From Amphiscolops sp. MND2022 (lineage: Eukaryota), in contig OZ076409.1 in the NCBI GenBank assembly GCA_964187785.1, positions 65,226,001 through 65,290,000 of the forward strand: 64,000 nucleotides of DNA, in the 5' to 3' direction. The notes under the pieces are model-generated. The model worked only from the letters and a program-made list of their open reading frames with translations, had not been told where the DNA came from and did no database searches. The translations under genes were made by a program, and so were the position numbers. The stretch's first letter is position 1. Every line of letters starts with the position of its first letter. Positions 12,396-25,200 of the stretch are shown piece after piece.

Positions 12396-13889
12396 TTTGA
12401 TTTTTCCAATCTGCAACAAAATATTTTACAGGTAAAATATTTCAGTTAGCTGAAGAGGGAACAAGAATTAGCTCGAAAATTATAATTTCACTCCTTTGTT
12501 AATTTTAATAAACAAGGGGAGTTATAATGCACGTTTGTAATTTTAAGCTTCTTGCAATTGAAAAGTAGCAACTCTTTTCACGCCAAAATGTTCACAAAAT
12601 GACAACCGAGACATTGATTACGTAACTCGGAGAATTCCAGCTTAATATTACGTAAATTTCGTCATCATTCGCTCATACGTGGCTGTGTTTAGCCAATAAA
12701 AAGTGAACGCATAGACTGGTTTAAATATCGTGTCGAATAAAAAGCTTGCATTGAATTCGTCAAATTTGTCGAATGCAATTCGCAATCGATGTTACGTAAT
12801 TTTCTGTTCGTAGGAGACGGGAGACTCCAACGAATATCCCAGTGACAATATTTTCCTAGTACATTTCCTACATATTATTCGTCACTCCATTGGCACATAA
12901 CGCGGATAACCAGTACGATACTGGCAGTAATAGTATCTACTATCTACTAACTAAATGCGCTGTTTTCACTGTATAATGAAGCATGCCTATACTTCGCGCA
13001 ATGCACTAAATTACGTCTTATAAACGACCAGATATACATGTACAAATCCCATGGGGAAGCTTTAAACTTTAACGCACAAACGTAATCTCATTAATTCCAA
13101 AATTCGATAAAGGTAAATATCATTCATTCATTAACAATGATTTTGTGCGAATCAAGGTACAAAACGGTTGAAAACAGACCACTTGGGGAGGGGACTTAAG
13201 GAACATGGTCCCAAAACCGTCATTACAGGAACAAGCAAAAAGTTTTTGCATTCCTGCAATGACGTTTTGCACCTTCATTCGGTCGAAGTCATTGCTAATG
13301 AAGGATTTTTACCTTTTTCGATTTTGGAATTGCGATTACTTTTTGCGTTTAAAATATTGCCAAAAACTATCCAATTATAATAAATATGGTTTTGAGTCAA
13401 TTATAACCAGACTAGATCAAACAAAAAGTGAATTACGTCTCTGGACATTGACCTCCGTAAGAGTCACTTTTAATCTAAAAGTACTGCAGTATTTTAAAAC
13501 CAGAATAATCTTTCACAAAAAAGCAATAGGACAATAGGAAAAACTATAAGCAGAAATGACTAAACTATAATGCGGGAAGATATTTCGTTGGAGTAGACCA
13601 GATAATTTAGGGTCTTATCTGTTATACTTTTTTGTAAATTAGCCTTTTTCGTACTTTGTAATACTGTTATTAGGTGTCTCATAAAAACGGAACGCGTCTT
13701 AATTTTCAGCCGAACATCGAAATGCTTAAATAACATTAGAAACAGACGAAATTATATTTTCAGCCTGTTAACCACCACATTCGAAATGACAACTTCTGTT
13801 CGAACTGAATCACTTTTACACATTCAAATATCAGAACGAACCGGCAAGTTCTTTTGATTCAAGCGATATCTAAAAATTATCACAAGGTT

Positions 13890-15719
13890 TGAAACTTATT
13901 TTTTCAGTCTCGAATTTGATCTTGTTGTGGATCACAAGCCTCTAGTTCCAATTTTGAACTCATATGGGCTTCACCAGATTGTAAATCCCCGTTTACTTCG
14001 TCTGAGACTCAAGATTGAGTCATTCGTATTCACGACGAGTTGGTTAAAGGGCAAGGACAACGTGATTGCTGACGCTCTTTCAAGGTATCCAACTGGTAAA
14101 GCTGAGAATCTTCTGGACGGTGAAAAATGTAATCGACTGGCCGTCCATGTCGCAGATGACATTCATCTAAGGGACGAGAGTATTATCAAACAGGCTTCTC
14201 AGAATGATGAAGGTTATCAGAGGCTTGTTACGTACGTATTTGGAGGTTTTCCCAAGAAACTAAAAGACATGCCTCATTCGTTGTATCCATATTGGAAGTT
14301 TAAAGATCAATTAAGTCTTGAAGATGGTGTTCTTTTCAAAGGTTCACAGTTGCTAGTCCCCAAGAGTCTTCGATCTAAGTGTCTTTCTGAGCTTCATAAA
14401 TCTCATCAAGGTGTTGTTCGCACAAAACGTCGCGCACGTATGCTGTATTTCTGGCCAGGCATGAACAACGACATTTACAATATCGTTGGTAGTTGTGAGA
14501 AATGTTCACTGCATCAAAATAGTCAAGGAAAGGAGCCCCTTATCTTACAGGAAGCACCAAAAATCCCTTTCATGTCTGTATCTGTAGATATGTTTTCATG
14601 TGGTGGGAAAGAATGGTTGATATATACAGACAGGACATCGAACTGGTCATGTGTAAGTTGTTTGAACCACAACACTAGTACAGAAGCTGTGGTATTTTGC
14701 TTGCGCAATTGGTTCTCTGATGTTGGTGCACCAAAAGTGCTTATGTCCGACAATGGGCCTCAGTTCACTTCGCGTCGTTTCCGTGAGTTCTGCAAGAAAT
14801 GGAATATCGAGCAAAAATTTTCAACTCCCTATTATCCACAGTCCAATGGTTTGGCAGAAATCGCAGTCAAAAGCGTCAAAAAACTTTTGTTAAAATGCAG
14901 TAGTGTTAGAGGTTTTGATATGGATGAGTTCCACAAAGGTCTTCTTGAGCTCCGTAATACTCCAGGTGCTTCGGGACTCAGTCCCGCTCAAATATTGTAT
15001 GGTCGTCCTTTAAGTTCCTTCGTCCTCGCCAGTTCAAAACATTTTGCAAAAAACTGGCAAAATGAAATTTCTAACCTCGATAGTTTTAAAACTGTTCTAC
15101 ATGAGAAAATAAAAAGTCAATATGACAAGACTTCGAAAACACTTCATGATTTGAAAATTGGTTCCAGTGTTGATATTCAGTCTCCTTTTACTAAACTTTG
15201 GTCAAAAGCTGGTATAGTAGTGGACAAGGGTAAGTTCAGAGATTTCACAGTGAAATTGCCCAGTGGTAAAGTGATTAGGCGTAATAGGAGGTTCCTTCGT
15301 ATAAGTAGGCCTAGTATCCCTATTTCTATTCCGCTGCACTTGGGTGAAACTGGTTTTGATGAAACAGTTGAGACAGCTCAATTGAAGTCGCCTGCGGTAC
15401 CTGATCAGTTGACAGTTTCATCACAACCAAAGTTAAATCAACATATCAATTATGATCGTCCAAAAAGAAAACGAAGAAGAACGAGAAGAATGAATATCTG
15501 GGAAACCAATTGTAAAACTTATATTTCATGATTTGCCAAAAAAAAACCTCAAAGGGGGCATGATGTATATGTTCCACTCACGTGCTTTTGTATATATTGC
15601 TAGCCATAAGGTGTCATTCATATGTATGTTGTGCACGTGTGTTATTGCACATAAATTCAGTTGATTTACCATTCATAATTCACTCGCTCTTCCCTATATC
15701 TTTTCTCGAGAACATATCA
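13890..15719 (+). mobile_element. 5'-truncated Gypsy (Mag-like) element: RNase H end, integrase, PPT and 3' LTR
   Basis: The open frame below, purine tract AAAGGGGGCA at 15551-15560, and a candidate LTR TGATG...TATCA at 15561-15719. Confidence 0.8.
13927..15531 (+). CDS. pol: Gypsy pol fragment (RNase H C-terminus, HHCC zinc finger, DDE integrase); no native start codon
   Basis: DHKPL, ADALSR, HKSHQG...FWPGM...CEKC, SVDMF, SDNGPQF, PQSNGLAE, RRNRRFL. Confidence 0.9.
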   Translation: MDHKPLVPILNSYGLHQIVNPRLLRLRLKIESFVFTTSWLKGKDNVIADALSRYPTGKAENLLDGEKCNRLAVHVADDIHLRDESIIKQASQNDEGYQRLVTYVFGGFPKKLKDMPHSLYPYWKFKDQLSLEDGVLFKGSQLLVPKSLRSKCLSELHKSHQGVVRTKRRARMLYFWPGMNNDIYNIVGSCEKCSLHQNSQGKEPLILQEAPKIPFMSVSVDMFSCGGKEWLIYTDRTSNWSCVSCLNHNTSTEAVVFCLRNWFSDVGAPKVLMSDNGPQFTSRRFREFCKKWNIEQKFSTPYYPQSNGLAEIAVKSVKKLLLKCSSVRGFDMDEFHKGLLELRNTPGASGLSPAQILYGRPLSSFVLASSKHFAKNWQNEISNLDSFKTVLHEKIKSQYDKTSKTLHDLKIGSSVDIQSPFTKLWSKAGIVVDKGKFRDFTVKLPSGKVIRRNRRFLRISRPSIPISIPLHLGETGFDETVETAQLKSPAVPDQLTVSSQPKLNQHINYDRPKRKRRRTRRMNIWETNCKTYIS

Positions 15720-17647
15720 GTTCACATAGTATATGTACGTAACCAAAAAGTTTCAAAACCTGTCAGAATGAAACAAGGCACTGAAAATCTTTCATTTTCC
15801 ATCGATCATTTGAATGAAGTTCAGTTCTCATTACGTAATCAAATCTTCAACTAAGGATAGTTCCAACCTTCGGAATAAGCTTTTGCTTCGAAGAAAAGTT
15901 GTCAATTTGATTGATTGACAAGCTGAATTGCAAGGTTCTAGAAGTTGTTTCGAAACGTTTGACAATTATTGGAAATTCGGAAACTCGAATGCGTTTTGTC
16001 TGTTTTTTGGTTAAACTAGTAACATTTTTGTTACTTCGAATGTCAGAATCCAACTTCGATATCCCAGCCATCGAACTTTATTCAATTTCAATTCCATGCG
16101 CTTTCTTTTGATATCAGAAATGAAGGAATTTCTGAAAAACATCAATTTACTTATATTTATATGCACATGTACCTGTATATATAATCGTCTACGGGTATAA
16201 ATGAAACCTCTTGATGTTCGTGAACTTTTTTGGTTTCAAAATCAGCGCTTTAGAAAAATTGGGCGATAAATGATTGACTTTCGTAGCCAATCGGTGGCCC
16301 GCATGCCATTGTCCTCTGCACCCGATATACTCTTATCGGTTATGTAACACTGCTCATTTACGTTTACTGTAGGATCAGATTCTGCAGAAGTCAGTCGCCC
16401 AACCAAAGGCAATCGACACTGATGTCAATCCGCGGTCATTGGTCAAAATAAGCCTCGAATGAGGACAAATTAGTGACAAATTAATACAGCTGAAATCATG
16501 TTTCTTTGGAACCTTTTTTGGGGACTTTCTGCGTATTTTGGATTTTTTAAAATTCAAGTTTTCACGAAGGTTTCAACTAAAGTTGACCCGTAGAGGCGTC
16601 AAACGCCTCAGAGAAAGGCCGAGTCATACAGGGCAGTATTTACAGTAATGCGACTGATATAGTACTTAAAAGGTAAGTTGGACTTCTGCTTTTAAATTCG
16701 GCAGTATGACAAGTCACCGTTTTTCAGCATCATATCTTCTGTCAAGCCGTCAGATACGGATTTTGGTACGCCCCAACGAACGCGCACACCGCGAACCCAC
16801 TCAACCAACAGAATAGTTGATGGCGAGGCGTCGTAGACATCCGGTGTTATTTCTGGTCAAGAAAGCAGTCCCTAATTAGTGTTTTTCGAATAGCAAAAGT
16901 TGGGTCATTGATTGCAATATGGAATATTTTGCATCAGCCCGATGCACAGGTGTTTTCCCACGAGTCCGAAAATTGATTTTAATTCCCATGAGTCCGAAAA
17001 TTAATCTTGCACAAAACAAACATTCATATAATAAATTGAGCTAAGTTAGCGAAAAACTCTTTGGTACATGGTAAATTACCTGAAACAAATTATTAGAATG
17101 CCGTGTCGCAGTTGATCATGTTATTTAATTAATATCCACTTCCATTTTGAGTTTCTGTTTTTAGTTACTGTATTTCAATTTCAATTTCCATGGGACTCAT
17201 CCTTTCCACACGCAGAATAGTTAAACTTAATTAAATACGTGGATGAAGTTGCAAAATAACTAAAATACAAAAACAGTTCAGCAATATTTCGGACTCGTGG
17301 AAATTAAAATTTTCGGACTAGTGATTAGCAATCGATGCATATTCGGCTAAAAGCTGTCGGCCAAATGCACATTCGGCTAAATTAACAGTCGGATAGCTGA
17401 TCAGAAGGAACCGCGATGCGTGAAACTAGCTCGTGCGACTGCTCGGATAGACGGGAGTGCAATTGGCCGACAAAATTAGAATAAATCAGAAAATTTCGAA
17501 ATAAAGTGCACGAATAATGCGCGCACCTCGGGTGAGTTCCATGGAAAGGTAAAACTTCAGCGGAAACAGTCGCTATATTGGGCCAAAAGTACATGTACTG
17601 TACTAGCGCGCATAATAAACGTGGATGCTATTTTAGTAAGAGCTTGT

Positions 17648-18067
17648 GGCTCTTTTCTGTTCCAATCCAATCCCCCCCACCACCATAATATTTTTTGGAA
17701 AATTAGTGAAAATCTTATAAAAAATAGACTTGAATACAAACCAGAAAGCTTCAGTTTTAAATTTATTCTCAGGGTGATAGTTCAGGATTCAGATACAAAC
17801 TTTGTTCACACTTTTTCCCTATTTAGTCACGCATTTTTGCTGCAAAAATCAACAGCTTCCTGTTTTGAGTCATCAATAAACACTTAATACGAACATAATT
17901 ATCGTCAAAATGTCTGAACAATGTTTGGGTCAAGCGGAATACTACTCTTATAGATGTTAATTTCCTGTTATGAAAGAAGGTTTTACTTTTAATTAGGCTA
18001 GTCTAAAGTTTTCAAGGAAAGTTATTTTCAAAAATTATGGTGGTCGGGGGGAAAACAGAAAAGAGCC
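17648..18067. mobile_element. MITE with 14-bp TIRs and an 8-bp TSD
   Basis: GGCTCTTTTCTGTT...AACAGAAAAGAGCC, flanked by GAGCTTGT at 17640-17647 and 18068-18075. Confidence 0.85.
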
Positions 18068-18490
18068 GAGCTTGTTTTCAAAAGATGAGTGCACCAAATG
18101 ATGAAAAGGTTTCAGGAACAAAATAGTAATAAACTTCAAAGGGAGTTTTGCAAACCGGTAGACTTCTCATAGCTCCGAAACAAAATCGAGTGCCATAACT
18201 CCGAAAACTAATTTTAATTATCTGGGTAAATAATAAATCGCAGCCCAGAAGTTCATGTTTAAATATAGGCGCTCCCGCAAATCATTAACTTAAAGAAATC
18301 GCTGCGGCAACAAAGGGCATTGACACTGCGGGGGAAGATGAAAAACAGACTTGTCAATATTTGTCAACTTGTGCGAATTTTACATTTAAAAATACGTGGG
18401 CGGTAATATTACACGGACATGACAACTGAAAAATCACGGAAATTTTCATGATAGATTTAAACAAATTACACGGAAAAATCACGGAAAATG

Positions 18491-19084
18491 GGTACTTTCC
18501 TAATAGACCGGACAATTATTTGCTAGCCGGACGCCGCGTTAGGTCCGGGACGTCGTTAGGTCCGTCGTTAGGACGTCGTTAGGTCCGCGTCCGGGACGCG
18601 CTATAAAACCAATCCTAATAGACCTGACGCCCCTAAGCTAAGTTTTTATTTACATAGATGTAACAAGTGTGCTAAGTAGGTTGTTAAGCCTGAAAACTGT
18701 CAGCGTATTATAACATGTCATCAAGTACCCCCTCGGATATGTCCCCATTTCCTCTAGTGCCCCGTGGCCCCTTGGGGCCGCTTATTTTCCCATCTTGCTA
18801 AGCGAGGTCGAACAGGAGCCAAGACCTAGCGGGAACGGAGATCGTGAAGCGATCGTAGTGGGAGCTGGTCTTTGCGACGGTGAGGGCGAGCGTGCATACA
18901 CCGCATATGCCCCACATTATGATATTTCCCCACTTTAATAATATTTTATTACATGTATCTAATTGAGTCAATATAATGTTGACAAACCGTCTTTAAGTCA
19001 ATAAACTGACTGTCCGGTCTCTATATAGTGCGTCCGGTCTATTAGGAATGTTTTTTCAATTGTCCGGTCTATTAGGAAAGTACC
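18491..19084. mobile_element. MITE with 27-bp TIRs and an 8-bp TSD
   Basis: GGTACTTTCCTAATAGACCGGACAATT and its exact reverse complement, flanked by GGAAAATG at 18483-18490 and 19085-19092. Extra subterminal copies of the TIR core lie inside. Confidence 0.9.
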
Positions 19085-19242
19085 GGAAAATGTATAAAAC
19101 ACACGCTTTTTCACGCGAAAAATATCAACACAAATTTATTCAATAAATTTTGCATTGACGCAAAAAAACAAAAGGTGGTCCCAAGCGATTTCTCCTTACT
19201 AAGTGTGGTCCCTGCATATTTTGTCAGAATTATTATTACAAC

Positions 19243-19373
19243 GTAGTCAGCTATGATACCCCTAGTGCCCTAAATGCAGGAGCGAAGCGAAGCGGAGCGA
19301 CGTGCCATATGACCATACCTCAATGTTGCTACTTGGCGAACGGAGCGAAGCGACCTAGCCATACAACAAATAT
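19243..19373 (+). repeat. Single arm of the SLC6-intron MITE family
   Basis: High similarity to 10890-11025 (CCCTAGTGCCCTAAATGCAGGAGCGAAGCGAAGCGGAGCG...CAACAAATATG). Confidence 0.85.
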
Positions 19374-21777
19374 GTTATTCGCCACAAAATATAACCAAAT
19401 GAAAATAATCGCTGGTATGGAATTCTTTCGACGCATCGAATAGCTTTGCATTTTTCGACGATTTGAATGTTCGACGAATTGAAGTTGCACCGTCAACATT
19501 ATATTGACTCAATTTACAACATACCAATTAGATACATGTAATAAAATTAACAATAATTGAGTTAATTTTCGGCAAAAAATGAGCTTTTTCGGCAGTTTTC
19601 GGCATTTCGGCGGTTGCCGAAAATTGGTTTTCCTAGTCAGAACTCAGGAGTACCTTCGATTCTAAATAATTCGACTCTGAAGAGGCAACTCGTGAAAATT
19701 TCTACCACAAAACATTTCATTTTTGATTGGGGAAGAAAGGACTTTTTACTCACATTCGCCATTTATGTTAAAATCCGCGGAGGAGAGTAAGAGTTTCCGT
19801 TGAACGGTAACCTTTGGGATTCTTTACTATTTACGAAGATCGATAAACCCCCAGCTGTATCAGCCAATCAGAATTAGCGATAACTTCAAATATCGAATCA
19901 AGTAAGGCTACAGTTGCGGTGAGGAACAACGGGAAAATGAATGAGGGATTCAGAAGTCTGAAAGAACAAGTTTTACTTTATGTTGTTGCAGACTTTATGA
20001 AAAGTCGACTGACAGCGATAATAATACTATAGATGTAACCGCAATAGCGAAAGTTCCAGAATTGCTATTCTTAATAAGTTGAGGATTATCGTTGGGGTAA
20101 CGAAAGATATGGCTGAAATATTTGATGAATCGGAGGAGATCTGAATAACACACTTCTTAATTTTCATCAATTTTTTTTGCTATAAATTAACGCCACTGAA
20201 TTTTAATCAAGTAAAGAACGAAATTTTTGAACTTGGTGACATCAAATTCAGCTTACGTAATAGTCTGCAATTAAACATACCTTTCAAGGATTCGGAAAAT
20301 CGAACGTATTTATTATGTAATATATTACGTAATTATGGACGACTCAGCATTCGTTTGATACGATTCTCAGTTACGTAATATTTTTGTATCTGTTTTGTAA
20401 TTTTAATGAAGCAAAGTGCGGTAGCCGTTCGTATAACCGAACGAGCTTTAAGGAGAACGAATATAAAGCCGATGTCAAATCTGATTGGACAACGAAATTA
20501 GCAAACTACCTCATTGAGTTTCATTTCCTCTTACCGATTGTCAAGTTGCATAATAGTTTCATCATTCAAAGCTCGCTGTCGAACGGAGCGACCAATCACA
20601 ATTAAGAATTCGATTCGGTTCTGCTATAAATTTGTTCTGCATTATTGCCGTTCGGCTATACAACCTACCACCGCAAAGTGCAACGTGAATGGCTTGCAAG
20701 TGAATCCGAATTACGTAATCTGACTCGGCGATTTATAATAACTTAGTTATTGCATTATGTAAAAATATTTACTTGAGAGTTTCAACACAAATGATGAATA
20801 ATCGAAATAGAAATTTCATCAAAATTTCTGTTTATGGAATAATTAATGAATACTTATAAATCATTAAAATAACAAGTTTGCCATTACGTAATTCAGTCGG
20901 CTGAAAGAACGTTCGTCCAATTGCACTGCCACTAAATTCACCGATCGCGACCTTATTTGCTAAGACCGCCGTCGCGTATAGTCAGTCCCTTCCCTTCGCT
21001 GTAAGCGTTTTCTCACGTAGAATGTGGTTTTTACCATTGCTGGTTGCGTTATTTCCTTTCCATTGAATATCGGACCGACATCAAAATTGTTCATAGAATA
21101 CCGGGATTCAATATGTATATACCATGAATAAGCAACGACGCGGAGGCTCTCGATACGTTAATACAATCGTCATAGCTCCCAGTTGTCATTGCGTCAAAGG
21201 CCGTAAGTGCAGTGCACTGCGAACACGCTGAGGAAATGCAGGAAAGAAAACGAAATAGCGCCGAGTTTGCTCCGCAAAACCAAGGAAGACCACCGCAATT
21301 ACATGCAAATTTACATGGACGTACGTAATATCTACCACATTACGTAATGTTTCCCACGTCAGCTTCAGGAAAGTTGAAACTATGACGTCGAGCTTGGTCA
21401 TGAAAATCATGTAGCGCGTCGGGTGTTCGCTTGATCAATTCAATTCAATTGAGAAGAAAAAAAGGATCCGAGGAGCCCATTCATGCAGCAATAGGACCTC
21501 CTAAATTAACGTCATCGTTTACCACCATTGACGCTGACCTCCAGATCACCAGCAAAAAAGCTGCAGAATCTGTTGTCTTGCGAGAAGTTGTCTGCAGTTC
21601 ACGCACGGTCAATTAACTTGATGACTCATTATTTCCTTAGCTCTAGAAAAACCTAATTTCAGTGTACAGTAACAATTCCACGTAACATTATCGTCATGGA
21701 AAACTCAATTAAAAAACCCAAAATTTCAAAGTAACGCCAAATTTTAACTGTAATCTAAACAGAGTTGAAGCGATTTT

Positions 21778-22058
21778 GATCTTTTTTGCTCCCCAAACCC
21801 AATGTTTGTTGGTGGAAAAAATTAGAACAAAAGACTTGAAATCAAACCAGAAGCCTTCCATTGTAAATTTATTCTCAAGGTGACTGTTTAGGATTTAGGA
21901 TCCAGATACACACTGTTTACACTATATCTCGCATTGTCACGCATTGTTGATTAGGAAATGAACAGCTTCAATTTTTGTGTCACAAAAACAGTTAGTCGAT
22001 CACGATGAGTCAAAATGTGTGAAAATGTTTTGTTCAACTTTTATTGGGGAAAAGAATC
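21778..22058. repeat. Diverged relative of the 17648-18067 MITE
   Basis: Shared internal segments (AGACTTGAA..AAACCAGAA, AAATTTATTCTCA.GGTGA, CAGATACA, GTCACGCATT, AACAGCTTC) and weak terminal inverted symmetry. Confidence 0.6.
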
Positions 22059-22224
22059 CACGGACCACGTGTCTTATTTAACCAACCCCCTCATTTTTGT
22101 TCTTGGAGGAATATCGTTACAGCTGTTTTGACACTTCCAGCAGAAAAAATGACCCTAAGTTTTCGATATTTCTGTCCAAAAGAGCAAAAATTCACGCTCG
22201 GAACATGGGTGAACATGCTAAAAT

Positions 22225-25200
22225 GGGAGGTGGAAACTTCGTCCTAGGAAATTTCGTCGTATGAGCAAATGCAGAAATTTCGTCGTCGGAAATTTCGTCG
22301 AATTGATTAGAATTAACAGCGTTAACAAAACGACATCATTTGATTCATTCAATTATTTAATTATTAAAATGTGATCTTAAGAACAAGTTACCAGTTGACA
22401 CCAAAATTGAGTCAAAAGGTTAATTGCATTCAATCAAACCAAGACCCTTATTGAGCAATGGTATAGTTTCAGTCCTACCGGTGGAACTTACCGGGCTTTA
22501 CAGTACAATTTAGGCTTGTTCCAGGGGTGATTTTTTTATCGGAAAATTATTTTAAAAACTCCTGGTAACTTTTGCTTTAAATGTCGAAACAACTGCGTGT
22601 TGGGGGATAAAAAACAAGTTATATCTGGGGGGCCCAAAACTATTTGCTCTCAAAACCATAACTAAAAGTAGTCAATGATAGCAATAATTGCACAATTATC
22701 GATAATTATTATTAGTATTATAGGACTCTCTATGGCTAAAAAACCCCGAATAATAGGACTCATTATGTCAATTCCAGACTCTCTATGGCCAACCTCAAAA
22801 ATTCAAAGTTCTCAAAAAGCTCTTCAAAAGTTTTTCAGGACAATCAAATGGTTGGAAAACAATCTCTGTTGTGATAAGATTACAATTGCATCTAAATCCA
22901 AGTGTCTTATTTCAGATTAGAATGGTTTTCAGGTCCGAAAACATTTTCAGCTTTTATTTTGGGATTATACGACTCTCTATGGTCATCCAGCGAGAGTATC
23001 AGATGCGAATCGTAATGTGTGACGTAATTCAAGAGTCGTCTCATTTCTCATTGGCCAATCATTTTACGAACGATCAGAAGTTGTTCTCAGTCTAGACACG
23101 CACTGTAGCAGCGGTACTGGCGTTTTACAACGCTTGTACTGAAATAACTATTAGACGTTCATTGTCAATCTAGTTACTATTAGACACTCTTTGTTATGAA
23201 ATTGGTTACACATAGACACGTGGTGGTTTAAGAGATTTCGGCGGCTCAAATTTCAATTCAACAAAGTAACTGAAAACTCTGATTTAGGCAATCGAAAACT
23301 ATCCAGTAATTACCAGCAGTAACAGGGTCACTCATTATCTATGTACAGACTAAAATTTTACAGTAGCGTAAACGTTAACCAGCTTACAAAAAACTTTTTT
23401 GAAAACAAAAGCAGTGTCTTCCTCTTTTAAATTCAATTCGTTTACGATGTCTTTTACGTTGCCTTTCGACAACTTTGCTCTCTTTGAAGCCACCATTCGA
23501 CAAGCTCTTTTATACTGTGATTCCAACGGGAAAGACTTTCTGTTACTGAATTTCAAAAGTTTTTTGGCAATTTCATCATATAATTCCTCATTTTTCAATC
23601 TTGTTTTAATGTTTGTATCTTCAATTTTGACAACTTTTGCATTTCGGGGGGTTGAAATTCTTCGTCGTTATCATTACTGTTGCTTTCAGAATCCTGATCT
23701 GTTTCGGAGTCCCGATTTTTATTCTTTTTTGAAACTTTTTTCCGTTTTGCATCTTTTTGACCAGTTTTCACTTGATCTGTTTTGGACAAACTTTTTGACG
23801 AAGAAGCAATTAATTCAGTTTGAGGATCATCCCCATCTTCAAGATTTTCGGCGGCATCCTCAGAAGCAGTACTGGGAACTGTCAATTGTAATTCTGATTG
23901 TTTTTCGGCGCGTTTTTTTCGAAATTGAACACGGATATCATTTGTCGCATCGAACAAATTTTGTAACTCATTATCTGTTGGTGGAACCACATAGTGTTTC
24001 TCACGCGTCTTCTCAGAGTGTGCCGAATTAGCCTCGAATATTTTGCGGGAATTTGTCGGAATTTTTTGCTTGTTTTTCTCATAAAAAGTCTCCCAAACTT
24101 TTCTGCATGAATTCGGGTTGAATTTTTCGTCTTTTTTGCCAAATAAATTTTTCATTAGACGGCTGATTGTGGCCGATTGCGACGTGAATTCATTATCATC
24201 ATGGCCGGGAAAAATTGTTGTCGGTTTGATACCGTATTTTTCTTCGTATTAACTGTGAATTTCTTGCAAAACTTTCTTTTCAAAAGCTGTTATATAGGCG
24301 TAGTTGGTGAATAAACTTCCGGTTTTATGGTCATTCGAGCGAATAAAGGTCCCTGGTTCATATGCGTCAAGTTGCTCAGTCGTAAAAGACAACAAAATAC
24401 CCACACGCCAATTGGCCCGTGAGTGAATTTGGAATAACATCAGCGACAATTTTTCGAATACGGTCATTGTATGCCATCGAGAGTCTAATTCTAATTTATT
24501 TTCAATGAAAGTTTCCACCTTGTCTTGGATCTCACAAAGTGATTCCATGGTAGGAATTTGTGCAAATCGTTCCTGTTTTCGCTTTGACTGTTCTTTAAGG
24601 CAATCCTTAGAAGTCTCACTGAGCCACAAATTGATCGAGTCGTCAAAACTGACCTTGTTTATACGATAAGATTTTTGATGCCCGGCATTCATCCACTTTA
24701 TGAACTGTTTGATGTCAAAACAAATTTTTCGTGCTGAGCTGAAAGTATATTGGCGATCTTTTTTCAAATCATCAAGACATTTGCCAACTAGTTCAGGTCT
24801 TTTCATGCTGTGTGTGCCTCTAAAAAACTTTGAAATTGCGTCGAATTGGAAATTTGCAAGTGGCCGTTTCATTTTTTCGATACAATAATCGCGATATTTG
24901 TTCAGCATTTCGCCGCCCTTCTCGGATAGGACACCTTTTTCTTTCACGTATTTGATGATTTCGGCTGGAAATACATTGCAATTGTCTCGGGTGATGTTTT
25001 TGATTGAATGTTGAGGGAATTGACTCAAATGTCGCTGACGATGAGTGAAACGGTATACACATTCTGCGCATTCATACACCGGACTTTTGGCATTTTTAGT
25101 AGAAAACACACTCAAAATGAAACGCAGGGGATACCGGTCCATTTGTGGCTCTTGACTAAATGCTGACGAAGAAATTTCACTTTTTTTGGACAGATTGGAC

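Noticed and set aside
23399..24031. 210-aa plus-strand ORF
   Set aside because: Antisense shadow of the Lys/Glu-rich YR gene; Phe/Leu-biased with no motifs.
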